Part shown: in pieces, positions 1 to 10,181 of the stretch
How positions within the stretch are numbered: position 1 is the stretch's first letter
How the letters are laid out: the number at the start of each line of letters is the position of its first letter
Source of the DNA: a virus
Length of the DNA: 64,000 nt
Direction: 5' to 3' (one strand)
Virus record (IMG/VR): IMGVR_UViG_3300026484_000095
Location: 45,820 to 109,819 of that record
Program-made: the position numbers and the translations under genes
Notes under the pieces: generated by a model
What the model was told of the DNA's origin: nothing
Databases searched by the model: none
What the model saw: only the letters and a program-made list of their open reading frames with translations

Positions 1-1854
1 TCAGGTAAATCAACTACAATGGTATCAAAGGCTTACAGGTTTATAAAAATGGGACTGAAGCCACATAACATCTTATTAACTACATTCAGTAATAAGAGTG
101 CTAAGGATTTAAGAACTAAATTCCGAAATACATTTGGCGATAAGGTTCAAGGCACTCCTATGATTACAACTCTCCATAGTTTCGGTATAGAGATATTAAA
201 AACATTTTTCAAGATAAAGACACCTATCATTCTTACAGAGTGGAAATCTCTAATGGTTATACGAGAGATATGTGATAATATGGGTCTATTTGTTAATGAA
301 GATACTGGAATGAAATGGAACAAGAAAGACCAAACAGCTTTTGTAAGACAAGTGTATGATGGACTTGATTATCTTAAAAGTAATATGATAATCAATGATA
401 TAAGAGATATATCAACTGGTAAAGTTCTTATCAATGAGTTCAAGGATAAATCTAACTGGTTCTCCTCTGAACTGTTTGCTCAAATCGTAGTGCAATATGA
501 AAATGTTAAAAGAGAACGGGGTTTCTATGATTACAATGACCTGATATTCAGAGTATATTATGAGTTACTAAATCATAAGAAAATTCTAGCTAAGGTTAGA
601 AAAAAGTATAAAGTGGCTATAATTGATGAAGCACAAGACTTAGACGCTTCTCAATGGGCTTTTATCTTATTGCTAAGTATGGGTCAAAGACTTATAGCAG
701 TTGGAGATAAAATGCAAAACATATATAACTTTCGGTACTCTGTTCCTGCGAATTTTAGCACAACTTTCTTATATAAGTTCTTTGGTAAAGTCATAGAGCT
801 ATCATTGGAGAATAATTATAGAAGCACCAAGAATATCGTAGATATTGGAAACATTGTACGATACATAGGTAAAGATAAATTGGTTTCTAAATCTTTTAGA
901 CCTAAGGTGCAAGGTTCAGTTAAATTCATCACAGTTAAAAACAACCTACAAGAGGGAACAGCTATTGCTGACCAAGTTAAAAAAGCATTAGAGCAAGGTT
1001 ATTCATTAGGCGATATAACTATCATCTGTCGTAGTAATATGTATATCAAAACAAATGTAGAACCTGCATTAGTTCGTAATGATATTCCTTATATGCTACT
1101 ATCTAAACAAATCGGTAAGAAGCTAACAGATAAACCTGCTAATCAAATTTATTTCAATATCTTATCATTATTGATTAATCCCAATGACATTACTTCGCTA
1201 TCAGATTTAACTGTATATATAAAAGGGTGTGGAGAGAAGTTTGCAGATGAACTTGGTAAGCAGTTGCTAAGAACTGGGGATATTAGAAGTGTCTCCGTGT
1301 CAAGTAATAACAAAACTAAATTAGATAATGTAAAAGTTCTTTACAATGAAATCTATAAACTGAGAAATAGTATTAGCAGTATTAAGCTAATAACTAAAAT
1401 GCTTGATGTAATAGGGTATCTTATAAATGTTTATCTTAAACCCGAAATTGTATCTAACAAAGAGAGGGAAACAATCGAGCAAGTTATATTAAACTGGGTT
1501 AATTATTACAAAGGCGAGGGTATAACTGATGTATGGGAAAACATCAATCAAGTTCTATTTGAGATAGACTCATTTGATGCAGATGATAGCGAAGATAAAG
1601 TAAGAGTAGGAACTATACATTCGCAGAAGGGACTAGAGCAACCTATATCAATATGTGCAGGGTTTGTAGGGTATAAGCAAAGACCTGATGTAGATAATGA
1701 TAATGTTAATATGTTGTATGTTCAACTATCAAGAGCTATGGATAAATTGGTGGTTATTAACTCAATCGATTATGTTCTAAAGAGTGGCGACACAGTAAAA
1801 GGTGCTATGTTATCACAAATGAAAATTTTATTAAGTATATTAAAGGGGGAGTAA
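1..1854 (+). CDS. UvrD/PcrA-family SF1 helicase, 5'-truncated by the window
   Basis: Window opens in frame with SGKSTT (end of Walker A); motifs TFSNK, IIDEAQD, VGDKMQNIY, NYRS, TIHSQKGLE, YVQLSRA. Confidence 0.9.
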   Translation, partial: SGKSTTMVSKAYRFIKMGLKPHNILLTTFSNKSAKDLRTKFRNTFGDKVQGTPMITTLHSFGIEILKTFFKIKTPIILTEWKSLMVIREICDNMGLFVNEDTGMKWNKKDQTAFVRQVYDGLDYLKSNMIINDIRDISTGKVLINEFKDKSNWFSSELFAQIVVQYENVKRERGFYDYNDLIFRVYYELLNHKKILAKVRKKYKVAIIDEAQDLDASQWAFILLLSMGQRLIAVGDKMQNIYNFRYSVPANFSTTFLYKFFGKVIELSLENNYRSTKNIVDIGNIVRYIGKDKLVSKSFRPKVQGSVKFITVKNNLQEGTAIADQVKKALEQGYSLGDITIICRSNMYIKTNVEPALVRNDIPYMLLSKQIGKKLTDKPANQIYFNILSLLINPNDITSLSDLTVYIKGCGEKFADELGKQLLRTGDIRSVSVSSNNKTKLDNVKVLYNEIYKLRNSISSIKLITKMLDVIGYLINVYLKPEIVSNKERETIEQVILNWVNYYKGEGITDVWENINQVLFEIDSFDADDSEDKVRVGTIHSQKGLEQPISICAGFVGYKQRPDVDNDNVNMLYVQLSRAMDKLVVINSIDYVLKSGDTVKGAMLSQMKILLSILKGE

Positions 1855-2594
1855 ATGAGACCTAAAAGAAAAAAGAGAAAGCTCATTAAACCTAATAACA
1901 TTTACAATATGGACGCTAGGAAGCTGTTAAGACTTATCCCCAGCAATTCTGTAGATTTAATTGTAACAGACCCTCCTTATCCCGTTATAAGTGGTGGTAG
2001 GAATGGAAAAAACAGTAAAGACCCAAAAGGTGTATTGTTAGCTAATGATGGTAAGATATTCAAACATAATGATATTTCAATTCACGAATGGTTACCTGAA
2101 TGTTATAGAGTATTGAAAGAAGATACACATATCTATATTATGACCAATATGCTTAATTTAGTAGAGTATCTTAATGCAGTAGAGAAATACGGGTTCAAGA
2201 TACATAATCTTTTAGTATGAGTTAAGAATAATGCAACTCCTAACAAGTGGTATATGAAAATGTTGAGTATACTATCTTTGCTAGAAAGGGTAAGGCTAAA
2301 TATATAAATAACCCTAGCTCTCTAACAGCCCAGAACCATAAGAATAAAGATAGAGGTAGAGTGAATGAATCATATCACCCAACAGAAAAGCCTCTAACTT
2401 TAATGAGAGAGTATGTAAGTAATTCTGCTAAGACAGGAGATTTAGTTTTAGACCCGTTTATGGGTGGTGGGGCTGTACCCATAGTATGTCAAGAGCTTAA
2501 TATAGATTATATAGCAAATGATATAGATGAAGCTTATTACAAAGTAGTTCAAGACCGTTTAGAATTGGAAAGAACTGATAATTGGTTTCAATAG
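1855..2594 (+). pseudogene. N6A/N4C DNA methyltransferase (DPPY...F-x-G-x-G order) interrupted by a stop and a frameshift
   Basis: DPPY in 1855-2220; HPTEKP and DPFMGGG in 2247-2594. TGA at 2218-2220 sits at the expected Trp of LLVW-K. One more A at 2257-2260 would restore WYMKNVEY. Confidence 0.8.
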
Positions 2595-2943
2595 ATAGTT
2601 AATAAATAGTTAATAAAGTTCTATATATTGTAAAAAGTTCTTATAGTTATAAAGAGCTTCATATTTGGCTTATATGGGTTTAAAATAGTTTATTAAGGGT
2701 AAAGTGTATCTTAGAGAGAAAAAGGCTTAAAAGGGCTTAGAATTAAATTTTAAAATTTATAGTAAAAAATCTCTTCTTTAAGGTATATTTAAGCTATATT
2801 TTTATATCATTTTTTATCTAAAAAGTTAAAGAGCTTTTTAGGGTTATTTAAAATCATATTGTTAAGCTTTAATAGTTTATTTTTATAGCTTCCGAATCTT
2901 TATTATAATTTAGTATAAATAAGAAAAAATAAGGATATTAAAA
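2595..2943. promoter_or_regulatory. Long, very AT-rich non-coding region (promoter region or possible origin)
   Basis: Largest intergenic gap in the window; tandem TAGTTAATAAA at 2596-2617; TATAAT at 2904-2909 ahead of ORF 2944. Confidence 0.4.
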
Positions 2944-3753
2944 ATGGAAAATGTAAAATTAACTAAGGGTTCTAAAGTAAAGTTAGCAGGTAAAGAGTAT
3001 GAAGTAACTGTTGTTGGTTCAAATCAAGTTACATTAAAAAATGTAAAAGATGGTAAGACTAGAAGAGTTGCTTTTAGTAGTTCTGCCTATGCTAAGATTG
3101 AAGTCCTAGAACTTGTTGAAAGCAAAGAAACAGAAGCAAAAGAAGAGAAGACTTCTAAAAAAGCTCCTAAAAAGAGAGAGGGTAAGAAACTTCAAGAGAA
3201 AGAAGATATTAAACCTCTTAACATTGAAGAGTTTGAGATGGAATCTTGGAAAGAACTTGTAGGGGAAGTGGAAACAGTAGAAGAAGCACCTCATTTCAAG
3301 TTTGAAGCTGAAACATTCACTTCTGCTTGGATATATTCAATCCAAAGAGCAAATAAAGCTCAAAGACTAGAGTATATCTTGAAAAAGTTAGAGATGGAGG
3401 GAGAGGACAGTTTCTTTGGGTTGCTGTTAGCTATCTATAAAGTTAGACAAAATTACAAGTTTAACTTTAACAAGTTTGAGCAACGAGTTCTTCAAGATAA
3501 AGTTCATCAAGGTAAAAGAGCTAAAAAGATAAAAATCGCAGATATTTTAGAGGCAATGAAACCTGCATTACATAAATCTCAAAATAAAATCACAATGGAG
3601 ATGTATGACGCTGTTATCAAAACAATACCTGATGATGGTGTTGATGGTAAGCAAAGTTGGATTTTCTATGCAATAGATGGTCTATGGACTGATGTTGGTT
3701 CTCTAAAATTATCTCAACAAGATTTAGCAAATATCAAGATACCTATGTCATAG
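2944..3753 (+). CDS. Hypothetical protein
   Basis: 269-aa ORF with AAGGA RBS. Confidence 0.7.
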   Translation: MENVKLTKGSKVKLAGKEYEVTVVGSNQVTLKNVKDGKTRRVAFSSSAYAKIEVLELVESKETEAKEEKTSKKAPKKREGKKLQEKEDIKPLNIEEFEMESWKELVGEVETVEEAPHFKFEAETFTSAWIYSIQRANKAQRLEYILKKLEMEGEDSFFGLLLAIYKVRQNYKFNFNKFEQRVLQDKVHQGKRAKKIKIADILEAMKPALHKSQNKITMEMYDAVIKTIPDDGVDGKQSWIFYAIDGLWTDVGSLKLSQQDLANIKIPMS

Positions 3754-3848
3754 TAGGTGTCTTGACGGTCATTGGTTTTGCGGTGGGTTCGTTTGCTATA
3801 AAAATAAGCTATTAAGCTGAAACAATAAAATAATGTTAAAGGAAAGTT

Positions 3849-4202
3849 ATGACTGAGATTAGTGTAAAAACTGAGCAAGAGCTTGATGATGTTGTAAAGA
3901 GTAATGATTTTACTATGATTCGTTTCTCTGCTCAATGGTGCAACCCTTGTAAGATGTTAAATGAAACTATGGAGCAAAATGTATTGACTTCTGATGAGAT
4001 TGACAGTAGCAAGATTGCTTTTGTTAAAATAGATGTAGATACACCAGAGCTTCAAACTTCCGTAGTACCCAAGTTTGATGTCCGTTCAATTCCTTATGTA
4101 GTCTTTGTAGATAAGCAAGGCACGAAGATAGAGGGTCTCAGTTTTGTTGGGTATAGAACTCCCGAAGATATACTAGAAATAATTAAGGGTTTATATTCTT
4201 AA
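3849..4202 (+). CDS. Thioredoxin
   Basis: FSAQWCNPCK, KIDVD, VRSIP. Confidence 0.9.
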   Translation: MTEISVKTEQELDDVVKSNDFTMIRFSAQWCNPCKMLNETMEQNVLTSDEIDSSKIAFVKIDVDTPELQTSVVPKFDVRSIPYVVFVDKQGTKIEGLSFVGYRTPEDILEIIKGLYS

Positions 4203-4289
4203 TTATCCCTTAGAGAAGCTATTTTTGTTAGAGGTTAAAATTTAATCCCTAACTTCGTATTTGGGTTAATCCTATTAAGGAGGTAAAAT

Positions 4290-5645
4290 TTGAAAATAAT
4301 CAAGGTAGGTGCAGAAGTTAATTACTTGGGTCGCAATCATATCATTACAGATGTGACGGAACAAGGAGTTACAATAAAGCGAGTTGAAGCACTCCCTAAT
4401 GAGTATTCTATTTATATCCGAAATGGCTCTGAACGATTTTTTAAAATCTTTCAAAAGGAGTTCAATGTAGAGGACATAGAAGTTACTGATGATGGAGGAA
4501 CCGATGTTACATTGGTAAAGTCTAATCAACAAGATGAAGATGATGAGGAATACGAAGATGAGTATTTGTCATTGAACGATTTTATCGTTAATCTTACAAA
4601 AGCTCACACTGGTTATGCAAACAAAGAGGGAGTACTCGAATTTCTTGAGTCGGAAATCTTTGATTTTGACGACCCGTATAATGAGCTGAAAAGGTTTACT
4701 GTATCTTGTTGGCTTAATAGAAGACTGTTGGTTAAATTTCAAACTGACAAAATTCAAGAAAGTTTAGACAAAATTCAAAACAGACAGGAGGTTTATTCTA
4801 ATGAGTTAAGATTATTCATTGAAAGTGCAGTAGGTGATTTAACGGAACCTTCGGCTAAGGAGTTAAAGAGTTTAGCTCAATTAATTCCTTTGGAAGACGA
4901 AGAGTTAATTGTTAATATCATTAGAGGTTTTGATATACCAACACTATGGTTAAATCAAATGGAAGTTAAAGAGCTGTTAGAAGAAGCAGACTCTCAATTT
5001 TTAAACAATTCAAACAAGGAAAAAATTATGGCAACAATCAAAGGTTTAAGCGACAACACAGTTAAAGAGATGTTAGATTTATTTTCAGCAGAAGCAAACG
5101 CAAGAGGGCTTGTTGGTGCAGAGGTAGAAGATACTGAGGAAGATGAAGAAGAAGAGCTAGACTTGGAAGCTATGTCTATCAAAGAGCTAAGAGCTTATTG
5201 TAAAGAAGAGGGTATCGACATCAAAGGTCTAAAGACAAAAGATGATATTCTTGATGCAATCTACGGCGAAGATGAAGAGGAAGCTGATGACGAAGAGGAA
5301 GAAGCTGATGAAGATGAAATCGACGAAGAAGAGGCAGAAGATATTGCTGATGAAGAGGCAGAAGATGAAGAATATACTGAGGAAGAGCTTGAAGAGTATT
5401 CTTTGAAAGACCTTAGAGAAATCGCTGATGAAGACTTCGGTATCGAGGGTGTTAAAAAGATGAAAAAACCTGCCCTTATTGAGGCTATCCTTGAAGCACA
5501 AGCAGAAGATGAAGATAACGATATGCCCGATTTTGAATCAATGACTCTAAAAGAGCTTAGAGATTTTGCAAAAGATGAGGGTATCGACACAAAAGGTCTT
5601 AAAAAGCAAGAGCTTATCGACGAGCTTGAAGCATTATATGAGTAA
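4290..5645 (+). CDS. Acidic protein with three C-terminal helix-extension-helix (Rho-N/SAP/LEM-like) repeats; probable internal start at 5028
   Basis: TTG start after AAGGAGG; repeats LEAMSIKELRAYCKEEGI, LEEYSLKDLREIADEDFGI and FESMTLKELRDFAKDEGI separated by D/E tracts. Confidence 0.7.
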   Translation: MKIIKVGAEVNYLGRNHIITDVTEQGVTIKRVEALPNEYSIYIRNGSERFFKIFQKEFNVEDIEVTDDGGTDVTLVKSNQQDEDDEEYEDEYLSLNDFIVNLTKAHTGYANKEGVLEFLESEIFDFDDPYNELKRFTVSCWLNRRLLVKFQTDKIQESLDKIQNRQEVYSNELRLFIESAVGDLTEPSAKELKSLAQLIPLEDEELIVNIIRGFDIPTLWLNQMEVKELLEEADSQFLNNSNKEKIMATIKGLSDNTVKEMLDLFSAEANARGLVGAEVEDTEEDEEEELDLEAMSIKELRAYCKEEGIDIKGLKTKDDILDAIYGEDEEEADDEEEEADEDEIDEEEAEDIADEEAEDEEYTEEELEEYSLKDLREIADEDFGIEGVKKMKKPALIEAILEAQAEDEDNDMPDFESMTLKELRDFAKDEGIDTKGLKKQELIDELEALYE

Positions 5646-5661
5646 GAAGTTGGTGCAAAGG

Positions 5662-5683
5662 TAAGGGGTTTAATTACCCCTTA
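5662..5683 (+). terminator. Hairpin, putative terminator
   Basis: TAAGGGGT-ttaatt-ACCCCTTA inverted repeat after the stop codon. Confidence 0.55.
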
Positions 5684-5764
5684 TGCTTTTATATATGTGT
5701 ATCTATTATGTATATATGAGAGCATAAAAGTATAGGCATAAAATGATTATAAAGGTGGTTTACG

Positions 5765-6481
5765 GTGGCTAAAATAGATGTTAATCAATTAAAAGAGTTA
5801 AGGGAAGAGTGGAGCGAAATAGCACAAGATACGGCTGAAACATTGGAAACAATAAAGCAAAGAAGCGATAAAATAAAAAATGAAGCTAAGAAGCTGATAG
5901 AAGATTTTACTAAGAGTAAGTATTCACTATCTAAGGTTACAGATAGAGTTATTAATAAACATACTTCGGCTATTGCAGGATTAAAAGATATTCATAATTC
6001 ATTGCATAAAGCACAAGAACTATCAGAGCATTTTAGAGCTATCTTGTTACCTAATGATGTAGAGTGCTTATCAGATGGTAAAGCTATTTGGGACGAAAAG
6101 TATGCAGAGTTCACTGGCGATATTGATGTTATAGCATTGTTACAAACAAATACAGATAAAGAGCGAGAGCATTATTATATCTTTAAAGATGGGCTTACTG
6201 CTTGGTCTTATATTAGAGCTAATTCGCAACAGATGGAGAGCTATGAAAAGTTCTTAACTAATCAAATCTTTGGCTTTAATAGGTTAGATAATCTAGTGCA
6301 AAAGTTAGAAAATATCAAGGCAAATGAGCTATTTACTGATATGAATGATGATAGCAGAATGAATAAAGATGAAGATGATAAAATCTTCAATAATGATGAT
6401 ATAGACGAAGATGGTGTAGAAGCTATGCCTAAAAGACGAAAAAGAAAATCTTTAGGTAAAAGATTAAATAAAGTTAAGTAG
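5765..6481 (+). CDS. Hypothetical coiled-coil protein with basic C-terminus
   Basis: ORF ending PKRRKRKSLGKRLNKVK. Confidence 0.65.
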   Translation: MAKIDVNQLKELREEWSEIAQDTAETLETIKQRSDKIKNEAKKLIEDFTKSKYSLSKVTDRVINKHTSAIAGLKDIHNSLHKAQELSEHFRAILLPNDVECLSDGKAIWDEKYAEFTGDIDVIALLQTNTDKEREHYYIFKDGLTAWSYIRANSQQMESYEKFLTNQIFGFNRLDNLVQKLENIKANELFTDMNDDSRMNKDEDDKIFNNDDIDEDGVEAMPKRRKRKSLGKRLNKVK

Positions 6482-6488
6482 GTCTATT

Positions 6489-7856
6489 ATGTTCACCTTA
6501 AATCCTAATATCAAACCTAGTCCTCTAGCTAGTAAAGTTCTTAAAAAGTTGTTAGAGGGTAGAAATGTTTTTCTAACTGGTGCAGGAGGTATGGGTAAAT
6601 CACACCTAACAAGGGAATTGATAAGTTTTTTTCCTAACCCATTGGTCTTAGGTTCTACAAATCTTGCCGCAACTATTTTAGGTGGCTCAACGGTTCATTC
6701 AGCATTTTGTCTTTATAATAGTAAAAATATAAGAGAGTTACAAGCTAAAGACCGAGATAGAATCAAAAGAATATCTATGTCAAAAGGTGTTAATATAAAT
6801 ACAGCAAAACATATTTACTTCTCTAAGATAAAAAAGGTTATACAAGCTACCAATGTAATTTTTATAGACGAAATATCTATGTTATCAGCAGAAGTATTTG
6901 ATGCAATGCACTATCGTATTCATTCATTGATGGGGGACGATTATAATATTCCTATGATAGTGATAGGGGATTTTTTCCAATTACCACCTGTTAAAAGTTC
7001 AATGTGCTATACCTCAAAGAATTGGGATTTCTTTATTATAGAGTTAGCAGAGATGAAAAGGAGTTCTAATAAGTCGTTTACGGCAATGCTATCTGATTTA
7101 AGAAAGGGTTATTATTCTAAAAGAGTTAAAAATTTTATTGATAATCATTCAGTAGATTATGAAGAACCTCCTCTTGATATGTTAAGAGTATACCCTAAAA
7201 ATGATGCTTGTGCTGACCATCATAAATTAGCTTTACATTCATTAAAAGGTAAAACATACAAGTTTAGAGCACGAATTAATAATATAGCAAATTTAAGTCC
7301 TGATAAGGTTCAAGACTTTATGGAAAAAGGCTGTCCTGCTGAACCTCTTGTTCAATTAAAAGTGGGTGCTAAAATCATCTTTGTAGTGAATTATCAATCC
7401 GACCAAGATGATGGGTATTATAATGGGGAAACTGGGAAAGTATTAGCTATAAATAAAGCCGATAGAACTATATTGGTTCAAAAAGGTAATGGAAAAAAGA
7501 TAACCGTAGGAGAGTTCATATTTACTAAGGAGAGGTATGATACTATATCAAGTAATCAGTTGAGATTAGTTAAAGAGTTAGAGGTAACTCAAATCCCTTT
7601 GAAATTGGCTTATGCTATGACTGTTCATAAAACACAAGGTATGAGTATCAAAGAACCCCTTTATGTTAATTGTTCTAAGATGTGGAAGAGGAATCAAGGA
7701 CTTGTCTATGTTGCATTAAGTCGTGTAACATCACCTGACTTAATATATATTTCTGATTTTCAAAAGAAAGTTCATTTGAACATACGAAGAGATATAGCTG
7801 AATTTTATAAGGAGGAAAAGAGAAAGGGTAACTTGGTTAGGTATAAAGGTTATTAA
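6489..7856 (+). CDS. Pif1/RecD-like SF1B helicase
   Basis: GAGGMGKS, IDEISM, GDFFQLPPV, AYAMTVHKTQG, YVALSR. Confidence 0.9.
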   Translation: MFTLNPNIKPSPLASKVLKKLLEGRNVFLTGAGGMGKSHLTRELISFFPNPLVLGSTNLAATILGGSTVHSAFCLYNSKNIRELQAKDRDRIKRISMSKGVNINTAKHIYFSKIKKVIQATNVIFIDEISMLSAEVFDAMHYRIHSLMGDDYNIPMIVIGDFFQLPPVKSSMCYTSKNWDFFIIELAEMKRSSNKSFTAMLSDLRKGYYSKRVKNFIDNHSVDYEEPPLDMLRVYPKNDACADHHKLALHSLKGKTYKFRARINNIANLSPDKVQDFMEKGCPAEPLVQLKVGAKIIFVVNYQSDQDDGYYNGETGKVLAINKADRTILVQKGNGKKITVGEFIFTKERYDTISSNQLRLVKELEVTQIPLKLAYAMTVHKTQGMSIKEPLYVNCSKMWKRNQGLVYVALSRVTSPDLIYISDFQKKVHLNIRRDIAEFYKEEKRKGNLVRYKGY

Positions 7857-7886
7857 GTTAAAAAGTGGTATACTGTGAGAGTATAT
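7857..7886 (+). promoter_or_regulatory. Promoter-like motif GTTAAAAA-N16-GTATAT
   Basis: Same spacing as copies at 22731, 25757, 37268, 42879 and 45912. Confidence 0.55.
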
Positions 7887-7919
7887 TAAGTATTCTAAAA
7901 TTAAATCAAAGGAAAAGTT

Positions 7920-8801
7920 ATGGCAACTACAAGAAGAAGAGCCTCAAGTAAAAGTGCAGAGAGTAAAGCTCCAACTAAAAGAGTTAAAAAGACAGCAAAC
8001 AAAAAGGAAGCTCCAACTAAATCAAGAAGAGCCTCTAAGGTTGAAGATACAGAAGATGAAGATGATTACGAGAGTATCAGAGATGCAAAACCTGAGGGAG
8101 AGAAAGCTGAAACATTTAAGCTAGATGACAAAAAGCAGAAAAAGAGAATCGGCTTCCCACTGGTAACAAAAGCAGGTACTGTAGGTATGGTCAAAGTGCA
8201 TTATTTCAAAGCTAAGTTTAACACAACATTGGCAGATGGTAAATGGCACGCATTTCAAGCTCCAACAGACCCTGATTTATTGCAGATGTGTAAAGACCAC
8301 CCAAATCTCGATGAGAAAACAGAGAGAGCTACTATCGTTATCGTTTATGATACAGATAGTAAAGGCAAGGTTTATGGCAAAGGTGACGATATAGGTTATG
8401 AGCTTCTAGCTATGAAAATCAACAATCCAAAACTTATCGAGCTACAAGATATTGATGAAGATGATGATTTAACTCAGGTAGATGTGATGGTTAGATTGGA
8501 CGCTTCAAAAGATGTCAAGTTCCAAGATATGAGATTTAAAACAGCAGGTGACGCCCTTTGGCTTAATGATATGGATTCAGAGGAAATCCAAGAGGAGGCT
8601 AAGGCTCTAACTAAGAAGCTAAAAGATGTTATAGCTTTTAAATATGATGATGAAAAAATCGAGGCTCTTATCGGTGATGGTGATGTAGATGACGATGATT
8701 ATGACGATGATTATGATGATGATTATGATGACGATGAGATAGAAGATGATGAAGAGGAGGAAGAGAAACCTGCTCCAAAGAGAAGAGCTAGAAGAAGATA
8801 A
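7920..8801 (+). CDS. Putative single-stranded DNA-binding protein
   Basis: Beta-rich core, long acidic C-terminal tract, lies between helicase and resolvase. Confidence 0.55.
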   Translation: MATTRRRASSKSAESKAPTKRVKKTANKKEAPTKSRRASKVEDTEDEDDYESIRDAKPEGEKAETFKLDDKKQKKRIGFPLVTKAGTVGMVKVHYFKAKFNTTLADGKWHAFQAPTDPDLLQMCKDHPNLDEKTERATIVIVYDTDSKGKVYGKGDDIGYELLAMKINNPKLIELQDIDEDDDLTQVDVMVRLDASKDVKFQDMRFKTAGDALWLNDMDSEEIQEEAKALTKKLKDVIAFKYDDEKIEALIGDGDVDDDDYDDDYDDDYDDDEIEDDEEEEEKPAPKRRARRR

Positions 8802-8809
8802 ACTCTTAA

Positions 8810-8839
8810 AGTGCTAATAGTTAAAACTCTATTAGCACT
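8810..8839 (+). terminator. Hairpin, putative terminator
   Basis: AGTGCTAATAG...CTATTAGCACT 11-bp stem. Confidence 0.6.
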
Positions 8840-8878
8840 CTTCCTATTTCTCATAATATATAAATAAAGAGGTATATT

Positions 8879-9478
8879 ATGAGAAATGCGAAGAGAAGAA
8901 GACGGAAAAAGAAAGTATCTTTAATTCAGTTAGAACATAGAGATATAACTGAGTTCAGAGAAATAGTCCACGATAGTCAAGATAGGATTTGTCCTATATG
9001 TAATCTTGAAATAGATTATAAAGATACAACATTAGACCATCAGCACCCATTAAACAAAAGTGAGCCTATTGGTCATAATGGCTCAGGACTCGTGAGAGGA
9101 ACTATATGTCGTATCTGTAATTCAGCAGAGGGTAAGATTTGGAACAACTTTAAGAGGTCAGGTCTTATGAATAAGCAGATGGATAAGAACCATATAAAAG
9201 CTAGAGCTAAATGGTTGCGAAACCTAGCAGATTATTATGAGAGTGGAGTAATCAAGAATGAAGATGGCGAAGCATTTGTGCACCCAACAGAGAAACCTCC
9301 TATGGCTACAATGGGTAAGCAGTTATTTAACAAACTGAACAAATTGTATAAAGCTAAGTATCCTAACAGAAAGCCTTTGGAAGTGCCTAAGAGTATTGGT
9401 AAAAGAGGTAAGAATAAAGGTAAATGGAAGATAACTGCAAAGTGGGAAGCTCTTTTAGATGAGTTTCAATTAAGTTAA
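8879..9478 (+). CDS. Endonuclease VII-like Holliday junction resolvase
   Basis: CPIC...LDHQH...VRGTICRICNSAEG. Confidence 0.85.
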   Translation: MRNAKRRRRKKKVSLIQLEHRDITEFREIVHDSQDRICPICNLEIDYKDTTLDHQHPLNKSEPIGHNGSGLVRGTICRICNSAEGKIWNNFKRSGLMNKQMDKNHIKARAKWLRNLADYYESGVIKNEDGEAFVHPTEKPPMATMGKQLFNKLNKLYKAKYPNRKPLEVPKSIGKRGKNKGKWKITAKWEALLDEFQLS

Positions 9479-9525
9479 TAAGTAAGTGCCACACTGCTGT
9501 ATATAGGGTATATAAGGAGCATAAA

Positions 9526-9897
9526 ATGAATTTAGGTAAATCACATTTAACACACTATAAAAAGATAAAGTTGAATAAGGATATTTCATTGAGATATTTC
9601 TTTACCTTTGAGGATAGACTTAACCTGAATGGTAAGTGGGTTATTAAATCCCACAGCACAAAAGAGTACGGTATTATAGATGAGAGAACTGCAAGACTTA
9701 TTGCCACAGCTCATAACAAGACCTTAGATGATTATAAAGAGATTATGGGTCGCTATGTAGCTAATATGTCAGGGACTGGTTCTGTATATAGAAAAGTGAT
9801 TATATCTAACAATGAGAAAAAAGATAAAGCTAAGTTTACTTATGAACCTAATGTAAAGGTTACAGAGATTGATAAATCACAAAAAACAAAGGAGTAA
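9526..9897 (+). CDS. Hypothetical protein
   Basis: ORF with AAGGAG RBS. Confidence 0.6.
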   Translation: MNLGKSHLTHYKKIKLNKDISLRYFFTFEDRLNLNGKWVIKSHSTKEYGIIDERTARLIATAHNKTLDDYKEIMGRYVANMSGTGSVYRKVIISNNEKKDKAKFTYEPNVKVTEIDKSQKTKE

Positions 9898-9899
9898 AA

Positions 9900-10181
9900 A
9901 TGGCATTTGATGAAAAGACCTTAAAGGCACTTAGCTCAAAGTATGCAAAAAAGAATGAAGATTTTATCTATAACCCTAACAGAGTTTTAGAGGGGGCTTC
10001 AACTGGTTCAGTTATTGCTGATACAGTTATAGGGCAAGAGGGTATGCTTTTAAAAGGCAGAATGACAGAGGTGTTTGGACCTGAGAGTTGTGTTACAGCA
10101 GATACAATGGTTGAGGTTAGAATTGATGGTGTGGAAAGACTTATCCCTATTATAGAATTACAAGGCTTATTAAATGGGTAA
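9900..10181 (+). CDS. recA: RecA/UvsX N-extein (63 aa) fused to a 30-aa split-intein N fragment
   Basis: STGS...GRMTEVFGPES followed by CVTADTMVEV (intein block A) starting at 10089. Confidence 0.9.
   Translation: MAFDEKTLKALSSKYAKKNEDFIYNPNRVLEGASTGSVIADTVIGQEGMLLKGRMTEVFGPESCVTADTMVEVRIDGVERLIPIIELQGLLNG

Noticed and set aside
2218-2220. TGA-to-Trp genetic code reassignment
   Set aside because: Single case, accompanied by a frameshift. Trp is TGG elsewhere, and TGA ends many genes, including at ATGA overlaps.
3754-3800. tRNA-like element (GC-richer patch containing GGTTCG)
   Set aside because: No cloverleaf or acceptor stem could be built.
8690-8735. CRISPR-like or regulatory tandem repeat
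   Set aside because: It is a coding repeat for DDDY in the SSB acidic tail. No repeat-spacer array was seen in the window.
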